DNA from: Zootoca vivipara
Taxonomy: Eukaryota
Assembly (NCBI RefSeq): GCF_963506605.1
Contig: NC_083283.1
Span: 83,576,001-83,640,000 of the forward strand
Length of the DNA: 64,000 bases
Direction: 5' to 3'
Position numbers and translations under genes: made by a program. Below, one piece after another: positions 11,269-22,200 of the stretch. The notes under the pieces are model-generated. The model saw nothing but the letters and a program-made list of their open reading frames with translations, was not told the origin of the DNA and did no database searches. Position 1 is the stretch's first letter. Each line of letters starts with the position of its first letter.

Positions 11269-11516
11269 TCCCCCAGCCTCACCTCCAGTCAGATCTGAAA
11301 CGCAGGGTGATTCTTTCTAATACAACTGCCACCGTTGATTGTCCAGTGTATGTTTGCAAGACAAATCCTTTATCCTGTATTTAAATCTAGAAATGGTTAT
11401 GGTGCCTTTTGTAATGAAGATCTGCTGTCTTTCTTCTTGAGCTTCCTTTGTCTCACAGACACAGGCCTCCTGGAGAGCAGTTTCTGGTCCTTGACTATTT
11501 GTTTTGTGTTGTGTAA

Positions 11517-11532
11517 TAGCACCACCTTGTGC
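11517..11532 (-). promoter_or_regulatory. CSE/CTCF site of the G3 promoter
   Basis: Minus strand GCACAAGGTGGTGCTA, about 250 bp upstream of the ATG. Confidence 0.78.
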
Positions 11533-11654
11533 TCGAAGTATGGTACATGTCCCATAAATGTTTCGGTAGGTTTGCAATGTTTAATATATTTCTTGCTTAT
11601 TATCATAGACTTATAAAAATCCATTGAGGTACTCAATAATGATTGTCACTTGTC

Positions 11655-11745
11655 CTGCTGTTGAGTCTTGTGGCACCTTAAACACTAACAAGTTTTATTA
11701 TGACATTTGGACTAAAGTCTTCTTCATCAGATGCATGAAGTGTAA
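11655..11745. mobile_element. Penelope-like element terminal fragment
   Basis: gagtcttgtggcaccttaaacactaacaag...cttcatcagatgc, similar to the copies at 49166 and 58333. Family recognised from memory. Confidence 0.5.
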
Positions 11746-12023
11746 TCCTCAACTGCAGGTATCTGTACAGTTGTTTAGAGGGGAGGTGCATTTTCATAAT
11801 TTGATTCATACAGGTTGGGCCTCCAGCAAATGTTTTTCCTTTCCCTTGCTGTCTTTTTCCTCCCTCCTCTGGCTCAGTCTTCCACACCCACTTCTATGTC
11901 TCCCATTTCTTTTCTTCAGTTTGCTGTGGAGCATGTCCTGCCACACCTCAGCTACCATATCCACTTTCTTGTTCACTTTTCACCTCCTACTGTCTGGCAA
12001 CTGTTGTCATTCCTGCATCAACA

Positions 12024-12215
12024 GGGAGCCTGTGTGGTGTAGTGGTTAAGAGCAGTGGACTCGTAATCTGGTGAACTGGGTTCGCTTCCCCGCTCCTCCA
12101 CATGCAGCTGCTGGGTGACCTTGGGCTAGTCACAGAGTGTTTGTTGTGGGAGGAGGAAGGGGAAAGGAGAGAAAAGTTAGCCGCTTTGAGACACCTTAAG
12201 GGGAGTGAAAGGCGG
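12024..12215 (+). mobile_element. tRNA-derived SINE (Squam3-like), running into the assembly gap
   Basis: A box tggtgtagtggttaag, B box ggttcgcttccc, and body matching the inverted copy at 40479-40699. Confidence 0.8.
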
Positions 12216-12366
12216 NNNNNNNNNNNNNNNNNNNNNNNNNNNNNNNNNNNNNNNNNNNNNNNNNNNNNNNNNNNNNNNNNNNNNNNNNNNNNNNNNNNNN
12301 NNNNNNNNNNNNNNNNNNNNNNNNNNNNNNNNNNNNNNNNNNNNNNNNNNNNNNNNNNNNNNNNNN
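12216..12366. other. Assembly gap of 151 N
   Basis: N run at the position where the SINE's (CTT)n tail is expected. Confidence 1.
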
Positions 12367-13242
12367 CTTGGTAGCTTCTTCCAGCTGCATCACTTCTCCT
12401 GGCTGCTCATTGGCTTCCCACTCCCTGTTTCCTAATATCATTGCCCCCCCCCCCGCTCCTCAGGGTTCCATTTATCACTTCCCAGAGAAACACCTGTGCT
12501 GTGGCTTTTTGAAATATGCTGCACAAGTTCTGGTATGGCAACAACTGAGAGCATGCAGTGTAGTCATGGACAGTTTTACTGGGGGAGAGTGGGGAAATTC
12601 CCCCTCCCCCATTTTTCTCTCTTTTTAAAAAAACATCTGCATACCGCACGGATCCCTGGGGTGCACAGACTCCCCTCTTCTTTGTGGAAAGTGCTGCCTT
12701 GGCTACATTCTGATTGGCATTCTCACCTGAACTTCAGAAACAGGGGAAAATGTACAATCCTTTATGCTTGATTCTCCATAAATAATTTAAAGATAACCAG
12801 CAAAATGTTGTGTCTGCTGTAGGTGGCAGGATGTTGCAGGAAGTGGGTAGAGTCGCTTTATGTTTTCCTACTACAAGGGTGGCCAAACTGCAGCTCGGGA
12901 ATGACAAGTGGCCCCTTTGGGCAGTCCAGTTGCAACTTTGAAGCCAACCAGGGAGTTCATGCATTCTGCAGCTCCCAGCTTCCTCTTGGAGATCCCGACA
13001 CACTTTGCCAAACTGATACCCTCCAGATATGTTGGACAACAACTCCTATCATCACTAGCCAGCCTGCTTGATTCTTAGGAGACACCTGTGGCTAGGAGCA
13101 TTCTCCTCCCTATCTATTTTAGACACAAGCTGTTCCTGGGAAGCAACGTTTTAGTCACCATCAAAAACTACATCCACAGCTGCTGGGTTGGCATACTAGC
13201 TACCTATTAGGTGCAGTTGCCACAAATACTTTCCCTTCTTCT

Positions 13243-14530
13243 TCCACTCGTGCTCGTCAGGAGAAATGGCTGACCCGTACCAACACCTCTGACCCCCATG
13301 GGGAATTTGGCGGCTGCTAGGGGAGTAAAGCAGTCTCCCCACCCTCCCGGGATGACGGGAGGGGCCGCTGGCCCACGGATGCCCCTTAACCCACCCCGAT
13401 CTTTCAAGGGATGGGGGGCCTCTGCCGAGCACCCATGGGGGGTGGAACTCCTGGAGGCCACCCTGTTCGAGCACGAGTTCCATGATTTAAGAGGAATAAT
13501 TGGATTTAAATTCATGGACATGCTTCAAAAGACGGGGGAGAAGACACTGCCAGAAATTCCAGCCTCTGAGTGATAAGAGTCGAAGAAACACCATATTAAA
13601 GAAAGAAAATGATTTGGACGGAACAAAAAGGGAAGTGAACTTTTTATTTTTATACCTTAAGAAGCACTCACCACCTTCTCTGGACGGACGTTCCATAGAA
13701 TTTAGAACAAACGAGAAGTTAGGAAACAAACTGTGCGGATGTTGGAGTTTACATAATAGAGGATTGTTATTTTGTATGTTTTTGGAAGTTGTTTTGCTAA
13801 GTCTGCAAGAGCAAAGTCTCCCCAAGTTGGTTATATTACTGCTGGAGCACATTAAAATACTTTGTGGACAGCTATAAGTGGATTTATGATCTGTGACGCA
13901 CATTAAATTCGAACAAGATAAGAGCCGCCTAATTGGAGATGGAGGAGGCAGAGGAGCAGTTAAAGGGTGGGGGAGCCATAAATCTGTTATAAGAAGAACA
14001 TTAATGTTTGTATTCGGCTGATCCCTGCCTGGAAAAGCTGCATCTCTGCAATCGGTGGATTTATTGAGCAGAAGCCGGAATACGACATTTGAGATCTTCA
14101 AGATGGAGTCTGCTCGTGTTTGAATGTCGGAGCAGCTGGGGAAACATTCCAGTTTGTAAAAGAAGGATTTATGGGGAGGCTGGACTGGACAAAAAACCCA
14201 CACAGGAAGAGTGACTTTGTGTTAAATCTCGCTTGATATTTATCTCAGAAGCTGTGACAAAGAGGAAGATAATAACTAGAAAGAACTGCTGGGAAAAGAT
14301 CGGGACTATAATGGATTATAATGATAAGTCTTTGAAATTTGGACTAGGATGGCAGCAAGTATCGTTATTCAGAATCCCCAGATTTTGAAGCATGGGAAGT
14401 CAAAAAAAAAAGATTTGGCATAATATTTGGTTTAATTGATATGTATTTGTATAATTTGGAATAATTGATATTATATAATTGGTTTGTAATTGGAAAATTT
14501 AATACAAATTGTTGTTGTTTTTTAAAAAAA
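13243..14530 (+). mobile_element. About 1.29-kb non-autonomous retroposed element, probably L1-mobilised
   Basis: 21-bp direct repeat ACAAATACTTTCCCTTCTTCT at 13222-13242 and 14531-14551, GC/CpG-rich 5' end and A-rich 3' end. Confidence 0.75.
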
Positions 14531-14628
14531 ACAAATACTTTCCCTTCTTCTGGGTTCTCTAGCATATGCAGATGGCCCAGGGCAGAGGCAGGTGTGATGG
14601 ACGGCAGAGCCTGACCAGAGTCTGATGG

Positions 14629-14657
14629 TGCAGTACCTCAGAATTCCACCAGAGGGC
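14629..14657 (+). promoter_or_regulatory. CTCF motif with upstream module, inside the LTR
   Basis: TGCAGTACC-N8-CCACCAGAGGGC. Confidence 0.65.
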
Positions 14658-14737
14658 TGGAGCCTCTCTCTGATTGGCTACCATGACAGCAAGCCAGAGG
14701 GAGTGGAGTATAAAAGGAGCCATTTCTGAGGGAGTGG

Positions 14738-14802
14738 GGAGATGGAGATGGAGATGGAGATGGAGATGGAGATGGAGATGGAGATGGAGATGGAGATGGA
14801 GA
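14738..14802 (+). repeat. (GGAGAT)n hexamer repeat, about 11 copies, inside the LTR
   Basis: Seen directly in the sequence. Confidence 0.95.
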
Positions 14803-17800
14803 GTTGGTTTAAGAGAAAGCTGCAGGTAGTGTTAGAGAGTTGGTTCTGATCCATCTGTGTAACGTCCACTCAGAGGGAAATATCTATAGCTAGAGAAAGG
14901 AGTCTCTGAGCTTAGGTTGGAAGACAGTGATTAGTGTCTTGGGAAAGTATTCAAACAGGAGTTAACTGGAGAGCTGAGTTTGAGCCAGGAGAAATAGAAG
15001 ATGTGAGGAGGATACTTCACTCAGGAGGAGAGAGAGCTTCTAGATAGAGAAGAATCGCAAGCCAGTTAAGAGGGGTGTGGTGATCCGCTGCATCTGTTAT
15101 ACTGCTAGAAGTATTTCAGGAGTGTGATTGATAAAAGGTTGGAAGACTTACAGAAAGTACCACCTTGTTTAAGAACCAAAGTATTAAGCTGTAACACCCA
15201 TGCAACAACTACAGTAAGTTAAGAAACTGAAGTTATATAACTCAAAATAATCTGAGCATTTGCCATTTAGTCGAGAAACCTACAACACAAGCATAATAAC
15301 TAAATGTAAGCAACTGAAGTTTAAAAGAAGCTGTGCTTGATTAGACACCTGTAATCTCCATTAGATTGAGTATTATTACTAACAGGTTGAATGTTTACTG
15401 AAATAATATTATCTGCTGATACATCCTTTGTTTTAGTCACTTTGTTCTGTTAAATATTTCTCATTTGTATCAACTTCTACCTGAGTTTCCGAGTATCTAA
15501 TTTCCCCCTCACACTAAATCCAAAAAGATAACCTGTGGTGGTTGAAAATACTGTATACATTATAGAGTGGCTATGTAGGTGGGATCCGCTGAAGTTGGTA
15601 TACAGTGATGGGATCTGTTACATAATTAGTATACAGCAGTGGGATCTGCTACATTTTGGTGGCAGTGGTGGCTTTCCTTTGAGCTGTAGTTGGAAAAACA
15701 AAGGACATTGCAGGTGTCCTTTCCAACCAAATCTAAAAAGCTTCTGCTTCTGATCTTCTTTAAAATCTGTTGTGAAAGCGGACCACAGGGTCCTCCAGAG
15801 ATTTTTAAATAGTTCTAAAATATATTTATACTCCTTATCAGAGTGCTGACTGAGCTATAGAATTATTTTACATGCCAAGTCAAAAACCCCTGCTTCCTAA
15901 TTTAATGTGACACTCTCTCACTCTTTAATTGGCAATGACAGGATTCCTAAATTCTTTTGTGACCTTCTTACAATCACTAATAACACCCAACCAGCACCAC
16001 CCATTTCAGAAGCAAGTCCTAGCATCTCCATCCCTGAACATCAAAATAAGTTTCAGATATTTGTAGAGACACCATGCCCTGAGCGTGTTTATTAAAAAAA
16101 GAAATAAATATTGGTTTGTTGTTTTTTCACTGATCACTGGTGTAATAATTGCAGAAAAACAAAATATACACAATATGAAAAGGGTTTTTTGTTTATTTGA
16201 AAATATTTTTTTTAAAAAAAATTCATTTGTTCTTTACTTGATGTTGTGCTTTTGCAGAAAGGTAAAAGAGATACAAGAACGTTTCCCATATTTTCTTCTT
16301 ATTTTTTGACTGTAGAATAATAACAATGTGGAAATGTGATCATCCCTCCCCTTTAGGAGCTCATTTTTTTTCCTCCATTCATTTCATAGAATTGGTATTA
16401 ACCGTAAAACTCCTAGGTTATCAGAAGGAAGACTTCCACCACCTGCCTCATCATGTGCCTGTCTTGCTCTCTTCAATCAGGTGGCACAATTGCACGTGAC
16501 ACAGTCTCAGCCATTCCCTGTGGTGAGTCTCTCACCACCTCTGAAACTCCATTATTTAGACTGTTCTCACCAGATATTTAAGAAGACGCACAGAAGTTCT
16601 GTTTTTTTTTAATTAAAAAAAATTAAATCTAGACTATCACTCTCCACACATTTTCACCATTAATCAGGGGTAGGGGAGGGGAAGGCAGATATTCAACAAT
16701 GATGGCGGGCTTCTTACATTTTCAAGGTGAATAAGAATTTGTCTGTCTGTCTGATTTTCTTTCACAAAAACAAAGAGGGCTCACTGCTGCTTCAAATTGG
16801 AGCTCGGCTTCTTTCATGGGACAGAATGCACCTCGGAATCACACTGCCCCATGACATAGGATCATTCCCAGTGTGGGGGAAATATGGGGGTCAGCTATCC
16901 ATTCCTTCAAGAACACCCCTGGGTGTTACTTATCATTATTTTTACTTCTTTGTATATTGATTAGAAATGGCACTGCTTAATATAAAAAGACACCTCTAAG
17001 CAGTCTACATAAGACGCAATCAGGAAAAAATAAATATGATTTCATACGAGAAAGCAACAGCCAAATAAAACTCATGGAAAGCTAAATAAAAACTACATAA
17101 AACTTGACTCCTTACCTACAGCTGCAATTATTATTTCAAAATAATAATAAATGGCAAAAAAGAAAACAAAATAAGGGCCCGCATCCCCCCCCCAAAAAGC
17201 CCACTTCTCAAATAAGACTGGGAAAGTACAAGTTTGTGCAGATTCCTACTGATGATTTGAAAAAATCCTGAGTCAAAGATATTTCCCCATCTATCCTTTG
17301 AGAGATGTCAGAAGGTGGAGCCAGCATATAGGTACTCCATATGATTAGGAACCCTGCACTAGCAAAATCTGAAGTCATGTGGAGCACCTAAGCACACACG
17401 CCATTCCTTGTGCAGGTGACCATTTTCAGACCTTTGGCACTGTGGCTGGAGGAGCTGGAGCTGGACCAGAAGCACACAGTGATGTCAGTGTCCCGACCAG
17501 CAGCATGATCCCACTGCATCCTCCATATGTAGAGTGAACCCAGAGGAATGGTTTGCAGTGGGTTGGAGTGACAACTGAATAAATAAGCTTTCATTTGCTT
17601 TTGCCTGCTTATCAGGTGTGCCATGTCTGCTGATGTTTTAGAGAGAGACTTTAAATTTCATGTAGCTCTGAACTCATGGAGATATGCATTTCATCATCAT
17701 ACTTCGTATAACGTCTGTGGCAGCAGACATTTCCATATTTTCCAAGAAAGGACCAGAAACCACCAAGATGGGAGTGGGCGGGCAGGTGAGATTATTCAAT

Positions 17801-18121
17801 AATATTTGCCTCTTCATATTAAGGATCAAGCACAGCCTAGAAATTTCATTTAGATTTTGCTGTCTTGTGCAGCTGTACTGCCCAAGTACTCGTCTGCATT
17901 CCTGATAATCTTTGTTTCAGAGTACTTTACTTGGAGAGCAAGGATTGTGCAGTTTTCCAGCGGGGACTGGAAGGGTGTCAGCCTATTTTGTGGAAGTGAT
18001 TCTTTGGATTCAGCACTATTTTATCTGATTCTTTCACATGTTTAGAGGGTTCAGTGCAAGCAGTGCTGCAGTTACCTGGGGAACAAAGGAGAGACTGGTA
18101 GAAACCCGGCAGAAGTTCTAT

Positions 18122-18327
18122 GGGAAAGGCTGATGTTCAGTGGTAGAGAACCTGCCTTGTAGACAGAAGGTCCCTGGTTCAATCTACACTGGCATCTCCA
18201 GGCAAGGTGAGGAGAAACCCCTGCCTTGAAAACCTGCTGACAGACAGTGTAGACTGTAGACAATACTGAGCTGTATGGACCAATGGTCTGGTTCAATATA
18301 AGGCAGTTACCTATGTTCCTATGTTCC
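18122..18327 (+). mobile_element. tRNA-derived SINE with a CR1-type tail (Squam2-like)
   Basis: A-box-like gttcagtggtagag, B-box ggttcaatc and tail cctatgttcctatgttcc. Confidence 0.7.
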
Positions 18328-18745
18328 CTTGTGGCTTACAGTGGGTTGGGTGAGAGTCCTCTTGCTCAGATGAAACCAAATAGGTGCTCAACAAACACTA
18401 GTGACGGGAAAGATTCAGAGGATTCAAAGGATATACAACTGAAAGCTTAGGATGGCTCCACTACATATCCACCAAGCATGACAGCTACAATATAAGGAAT
18501 ATCTTCCTTAATTAACACCACTTCTAAACATTGTATATAGGTACCTGGGAACTCTGGTCCAATCGGGTTTCATACATGCATCTATATAGACTAACGTATG
18601 CAAAAAGGCTCACATAAAAGCTCAACAATACATGTGAAAGAATTGTCATGAATAAGTGATGGGTGGAAGAAAGAGGAGGGAATAGAAAAGGTGTAACATG
18701 GCGATAAATGAGAAGACATTAATTGTAGGCCTCTCATTTTATTTA

Positions 18746-21256
18746 TCAAGAAAAAGCATTTCCAGTTTCATGGCAAAATGATTTAATTTTTTCTGGTGAA
18801 TGACATATTTTCTTAATTAAAAAAATCTCTCTCACCTGTTCCATTGGCTTTCTGCTCTCCAAAGCATCAGGAGTATCTTGGGAAGCAGAAGGAGGGGTCT
18901 GGTTCACATTGAGGTTTGGGTCCCCCACAGAAAAAACAGGAATGAGGGGCCTGAGGAACCTGAAGTCGCTGCTTAAGGACCCACCGGTTAAGCAAACATC
19001 GTAGTGGTAACTCCTGGAAAGCGACCCACTCTGAGAATCCCCACAGTTCTCTGGGATGTCTGGTCTGGCAGGTGGGAAGTGAGGAGGGGCAGCGATAAAA
19101 CTTTCCCTGGGATCCCTCCTGCAGATCTTGATGGCAGCAAAGGAAACAATGCAAACGAGGAACACAAAGGAGACTGCAGCCAGGCAGATCACCAAATACA
19201 AGGTCAAGCTCCCATCTTCTTCATGTTGGTCTTTACTAATCTCCACAGCCTTCATATAAGGATCCGAAAAGCCACCCACGGGAAGGACATGGAGCATTGC
19301 AGTGCTGCTCTGGGGAGGGAGCCCGTTGTCCCTGACCACTATCATGAGTCTCTGCTTGCTGGTGTCTCGCTCGGTCAGGGCTCTCCTGGTTCTCACTTCC
19401 CCATTCTGGGCTCCTATGCTGAAAAGACCAGGGTCTGTGGCCTTCAGCAGCTCATAGGAAAGCCACGAGTTCTGGCCAGAATCTCCGTCCACAGCCACCA
19501 CCTTGGTGACCAGGTAGCCAGACTCCACCGACTTGGGGACCAGCTCATTGCAGGGGGATGTGCTGTTCTGAAGAGGGTAGAGGAAGAAGGGAGCGTTGTC
19601 GTTTTCATCTATGATTATGATTCGGACAGTAACTTCTGAGCTGAGGGGAGGAGATCCTCCATCTGTAGCCCTCACTGTCACTTTGAAATCTTTGATCTGC
19701 TCATAATCCAGAGATCGGAGGACATACAGATTTCCGCTTTCAGAGTTGACTGAGATGTAAGAGGCCACAAGGCCATCAGTGACCTTCCCAGGCAAAAGGG
19801 AGTAGGTGATCTTGGCATTCTTCTCAGTGTCCAGATCAGCAGCACGGACTGAGCCAATGAGCAATCCTGGAATATTGTTTTCCCGTATCTGCATTTCCCA
19901 TGAAGACTTTTCAAATACTGGAGGGTTGTCATTGACATCTGAGATCTGAACGTTAATCATTCTTGTGGAAGTGAGCCTGGGGGAGCCCTGGTCAATGGCT
20001 GTGATGGTGATATTATACTCTGAGACTTTCTCTCTGTCCAGGGAGCTTTGGACCAGAAGTTGGTAATAGTTATCCATCGTGGGTTTTAAGACAAAGGGAA
20101 GGTTTACTTCCACAGAGCACACAGTTCTGCCGTTGTCTCCGGAGTCTCGGTCGGAGACACTGAAGAGAGCCACAAGTGTCTCCAGGGGAGAATCTTCTGC
20201 CAAAGGAGTAGTGATGGATATGATGGACACTTCAGGAACATTGTCATTCACGTCTTCAATCTCTACCAGGACCTTGCAGTGACCTGAAAGATCTCCTCCA
20301 TCTGTTGCTCTGATGCTCATGCTGAAGCTGGTTTCTTTTTCATAATCGATTTCTCCAAAAACAGTTATTTCCCCAGTGAGATCATTTAAGTGGAATAAAC
20401 GGTGTATTTTTTCAGGTACCCGGTGGAATGAGTAGGTGATCTGTGCATTCGAACCAAAATCCAAATCCGTAGCTTCCACTTTAGAGACCAGGGTGCCTTG
20501 TGGGCTGTTTTCCTTTAACCTAGCTTTATATTCAGGGTGAGTAAACTGTGGGGAATTATCATTGATATCCAGAACATCAATATTTATTTTAACTGTGGCT
20601 GTTCTTTGTGGCTCCCCTCCATCCAAGGCTGTGAGAGTCAGTCCAAAGTGTGGGTCCTTCTCCCTGTCCAGAGGTTTCTCTAGGACAAGATCCACATGCT
20701 TGTTTCCATCCTCATCACTTTTAACATCGAGGTGGAAATGCTGATTGTGACTGAGTGCGTAGTTTTGGATGTTATTCATCCCTAGGTCCTCATCTTGGGC
20801 AGATTCCAAAGGGAAATGTGTATTTGGAGAGACATTTTCAGGAATTTTCAGATCAAATTCCTTTGTAGAAAATTTGGGAACATTGTCATTCACATCTTCT
20901 ATCTTGACTACAATACTGTAGAGCACTAATGGGTTTTCCAACACGATTTGTGAGAGAAGTAAGCAAGGATCAGTCTGGCCACATAAAGCTTCTCGGTCTA
21001 TTTTTTCACTTATCAACAGATCACCAGAGTGAGTATCAAGGTGGAAATATTGCCTAGCGCTTTTGGACACTAGCTGGGCTCTGCGAGCAGAGAGCTCCCC
21101 TGTTCCCAGTTTCAAATCCTGCAGCACATTAGCCACCAAAGACCCAGTTTTCTTTTCTTCGGGGACAGAATAATGACTTGAAACACACAATGCTCCACGA
21201 AGACAAAGGAAAAGGAAAAGATACAGACCTTGTTTTCTCCTGAAGCAGTCTCCCAT
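18746..21256 (-). CDS. PCDHB: G4: protocadherin-beta-like variable exon, subfamily B (probable exon end at donor 18836)
   Basis: 836-aa ORF with the same architecture. Its 3' half is nearly identical to G2. Confidence 0.95.
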   Translation of the reverse strand: MGDCFRRKQGLYLFLFLCLRGALCVSSHYSVPEEKKTGSLVANVLQDLKLGTGELSARRAQLVSKSARQYFHLDTHSGDLLISEKIDREALCGQTDPCLLLSQIVLENPLVLYSIVVKIEDVNDNVPKFSTKEFDLKIPENVSPNTHFPLESAQDEDLGMNNIQNYALSHNQHFHLDVKSDEDGNKHVDLVLEKPLDREKDPHFGLTLTALDGGEPQRTATVKINIDVLDINDNSPQFTHPEYKARLKENSPQGTLVSKVEATDLDFGSNAQITYSFHRVPEKIHRLFHLNDLTGEITVFGEIDYEKETSFSMSIRATDGGDLSGHCKVLVEIEDVNDNVPEVSIISITTPLAEDSPLETLVALFSVSDRDSGDNGRTVCSVEVNLPFVLKPTMDNYYQLLVQSSLDREKVSEYNITITAIDQGSPRLTSTRMINVQISDVNDNPPVFEKSSWEMQIRENNIPGLLIGSVRAADLDTEKNAKITYSLLPGKVTDGLVASYISVNSESGNLYVLRSLDYEQIKDFKVTVRATDGGSPPLSSEVTVRIIIIDENDNAPFFLYPLQNSTSPCNELVPKSVESGYLVTKVVAVDGDSGQNSWLSYELLKATDPGLFSIGAQNGEVRTRRALTERDTSKQRLMIVVRDNGLPPQSSTAMLHVLPVGGFSDPYMKAVEISKDQHEEDGSLTLYLVICLAAVSFVFLVCIVSFAAIKICRRDPRESFIAAPPHFPPARPDIPENCGDSQSGSLSRSYHYDVCLTGGSLSSDFRFLRPLIPVFSVGDPNLNVNQTPPSASQDTPDALESRKPMEQVREIFLIKKICHSPEKIKSFCHETGNAFS

Positions 21257-21486
21257 GGTTCAAGACTTTGCTTCTCCAATTTCTGGCCAATATATACACT
21301 TTCTGACTCTCATCCAGTGACAATCTCTACTTTTGGGGAAGTGCTGATGGCTTTGCTGTTCTGAATGTTATATATTTTCTCACAGACCGTCTTCTTAGCT
21401 GTCTTCTTGTTTCAAATATTCCTGTGAGCTTCCGGAGGGATTTTTCACAAAACAAAATCCTGAGTTCCAATTAATGCATATGCCTC

Positions 21487-21502
21487 TGCTGCCACCATGT
21501 GG
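21487..21502 (-). promoter_or_regulatory. CSE/CTCF site of the G4 promoter
   Basis: Minus strand CCACATGGTGGCAGCA, about 230 bp upstream of the ATG. Confidence 0.8.
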
Positions 21503-21590
21503 CTGAATTAAAAACAATACAGCACTTCAAAGGTGCAGGTTGGAGGTAATTCCAAGGGTGATGTTAGGAACCCCATTCTAATGGCATGTG

Positions 21591-21722
21591 TATACCCTCT
21601 AACATTTCTCCAATGAAAGTAGGGTCAAGGGAAAGTGGGACATTCTGGGATCAAATCAGAAACCGGGATGGTTTCTCTAAATCAGGGCTGTTCCTGGAAA
21701 ATAGGGAAACTTGGAGTGTCTG
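21591..21722. mobile_element. Old hAT-type MITE
   Basis: Imperfect inverted termini (ataccctctaa...ttggagtgtctg) and gggaca-like internal repeats. Confidence 0.45.
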
Positions 21723-21729
21723 CATAGAG

Positions 21730-22200
21730 ATGTTTTCTAGCCCTTCTGTTTTTTAATATTTATTTGAATGATCTCTTTCCTGAACTATATGCTCAAGTCT
21801 ACCACTTGTCTATATTGACTGGTACAGAAATGTCATTGGTTCTATATATACAGATAATGTCCCTGTGGAGATGACAGTACCGAATCGGTGGTGCATGCCC
21901 TTTGTAAAGACTTGAGGAATGAGGTTATCACCCCTCTTTTATTGTCCATTCCGGGTTGCCCAGCCACTGCCACAGTGTCCTTTCTCTTGGCAGATCAAGA
22001 TGAGCAGGTGACAAAAAAAGGTTGCAAGGTTTTTAGCTGGAGCAATTAGAATAAGATCCACTATTTGACTGTTGATTCAAAACCCTAAAATATATTTTAT
22101 ATAATTGACTTTTTCTTTGTGTTCTTTGTATACCGTATTGTTGTTTTATTGCTTTGGCCGATGGCTGGTGCAAATAAAGATTCATTCTTCCATTCATTCA
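21730..22200 (+). mobile_element. 3' fragment of a LINE (RTE-X-like)
   Basis: Degenerate C-terminal zinc knuckle CPCGDDSTESVVHAL..DLR, AATAAA and an (ATTC)n tail. Confidence 0.5.

Larger units (their letters stand above)
14593..15671 (+). mobile_element. Gypsy-type LTR followed by a tRNA-Leu primer-binding site, internal region absent
   Basis: TGTGA start at 14593, ATTGG at 14673, TATAAAA at 14709 and ...GCTACA end at 15653. Then TGGTGGCAGTGGTGG (15657-15671), complementary to the tRNA-Leu 3' end with one mismatch. Confidence 0.7.

Noticed and set aside
12040-12095. tRNA-like A/B boxes, also at 4011, 18122 and about 40650
   Set aside because: SINE heads continuing into SINE bodies, not tRNA genes.
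13487-14203. 238-aa minus-strand ORF
   Set aside because: Non-ATG start, antisense within the retroposed element, and no recognisable domain.
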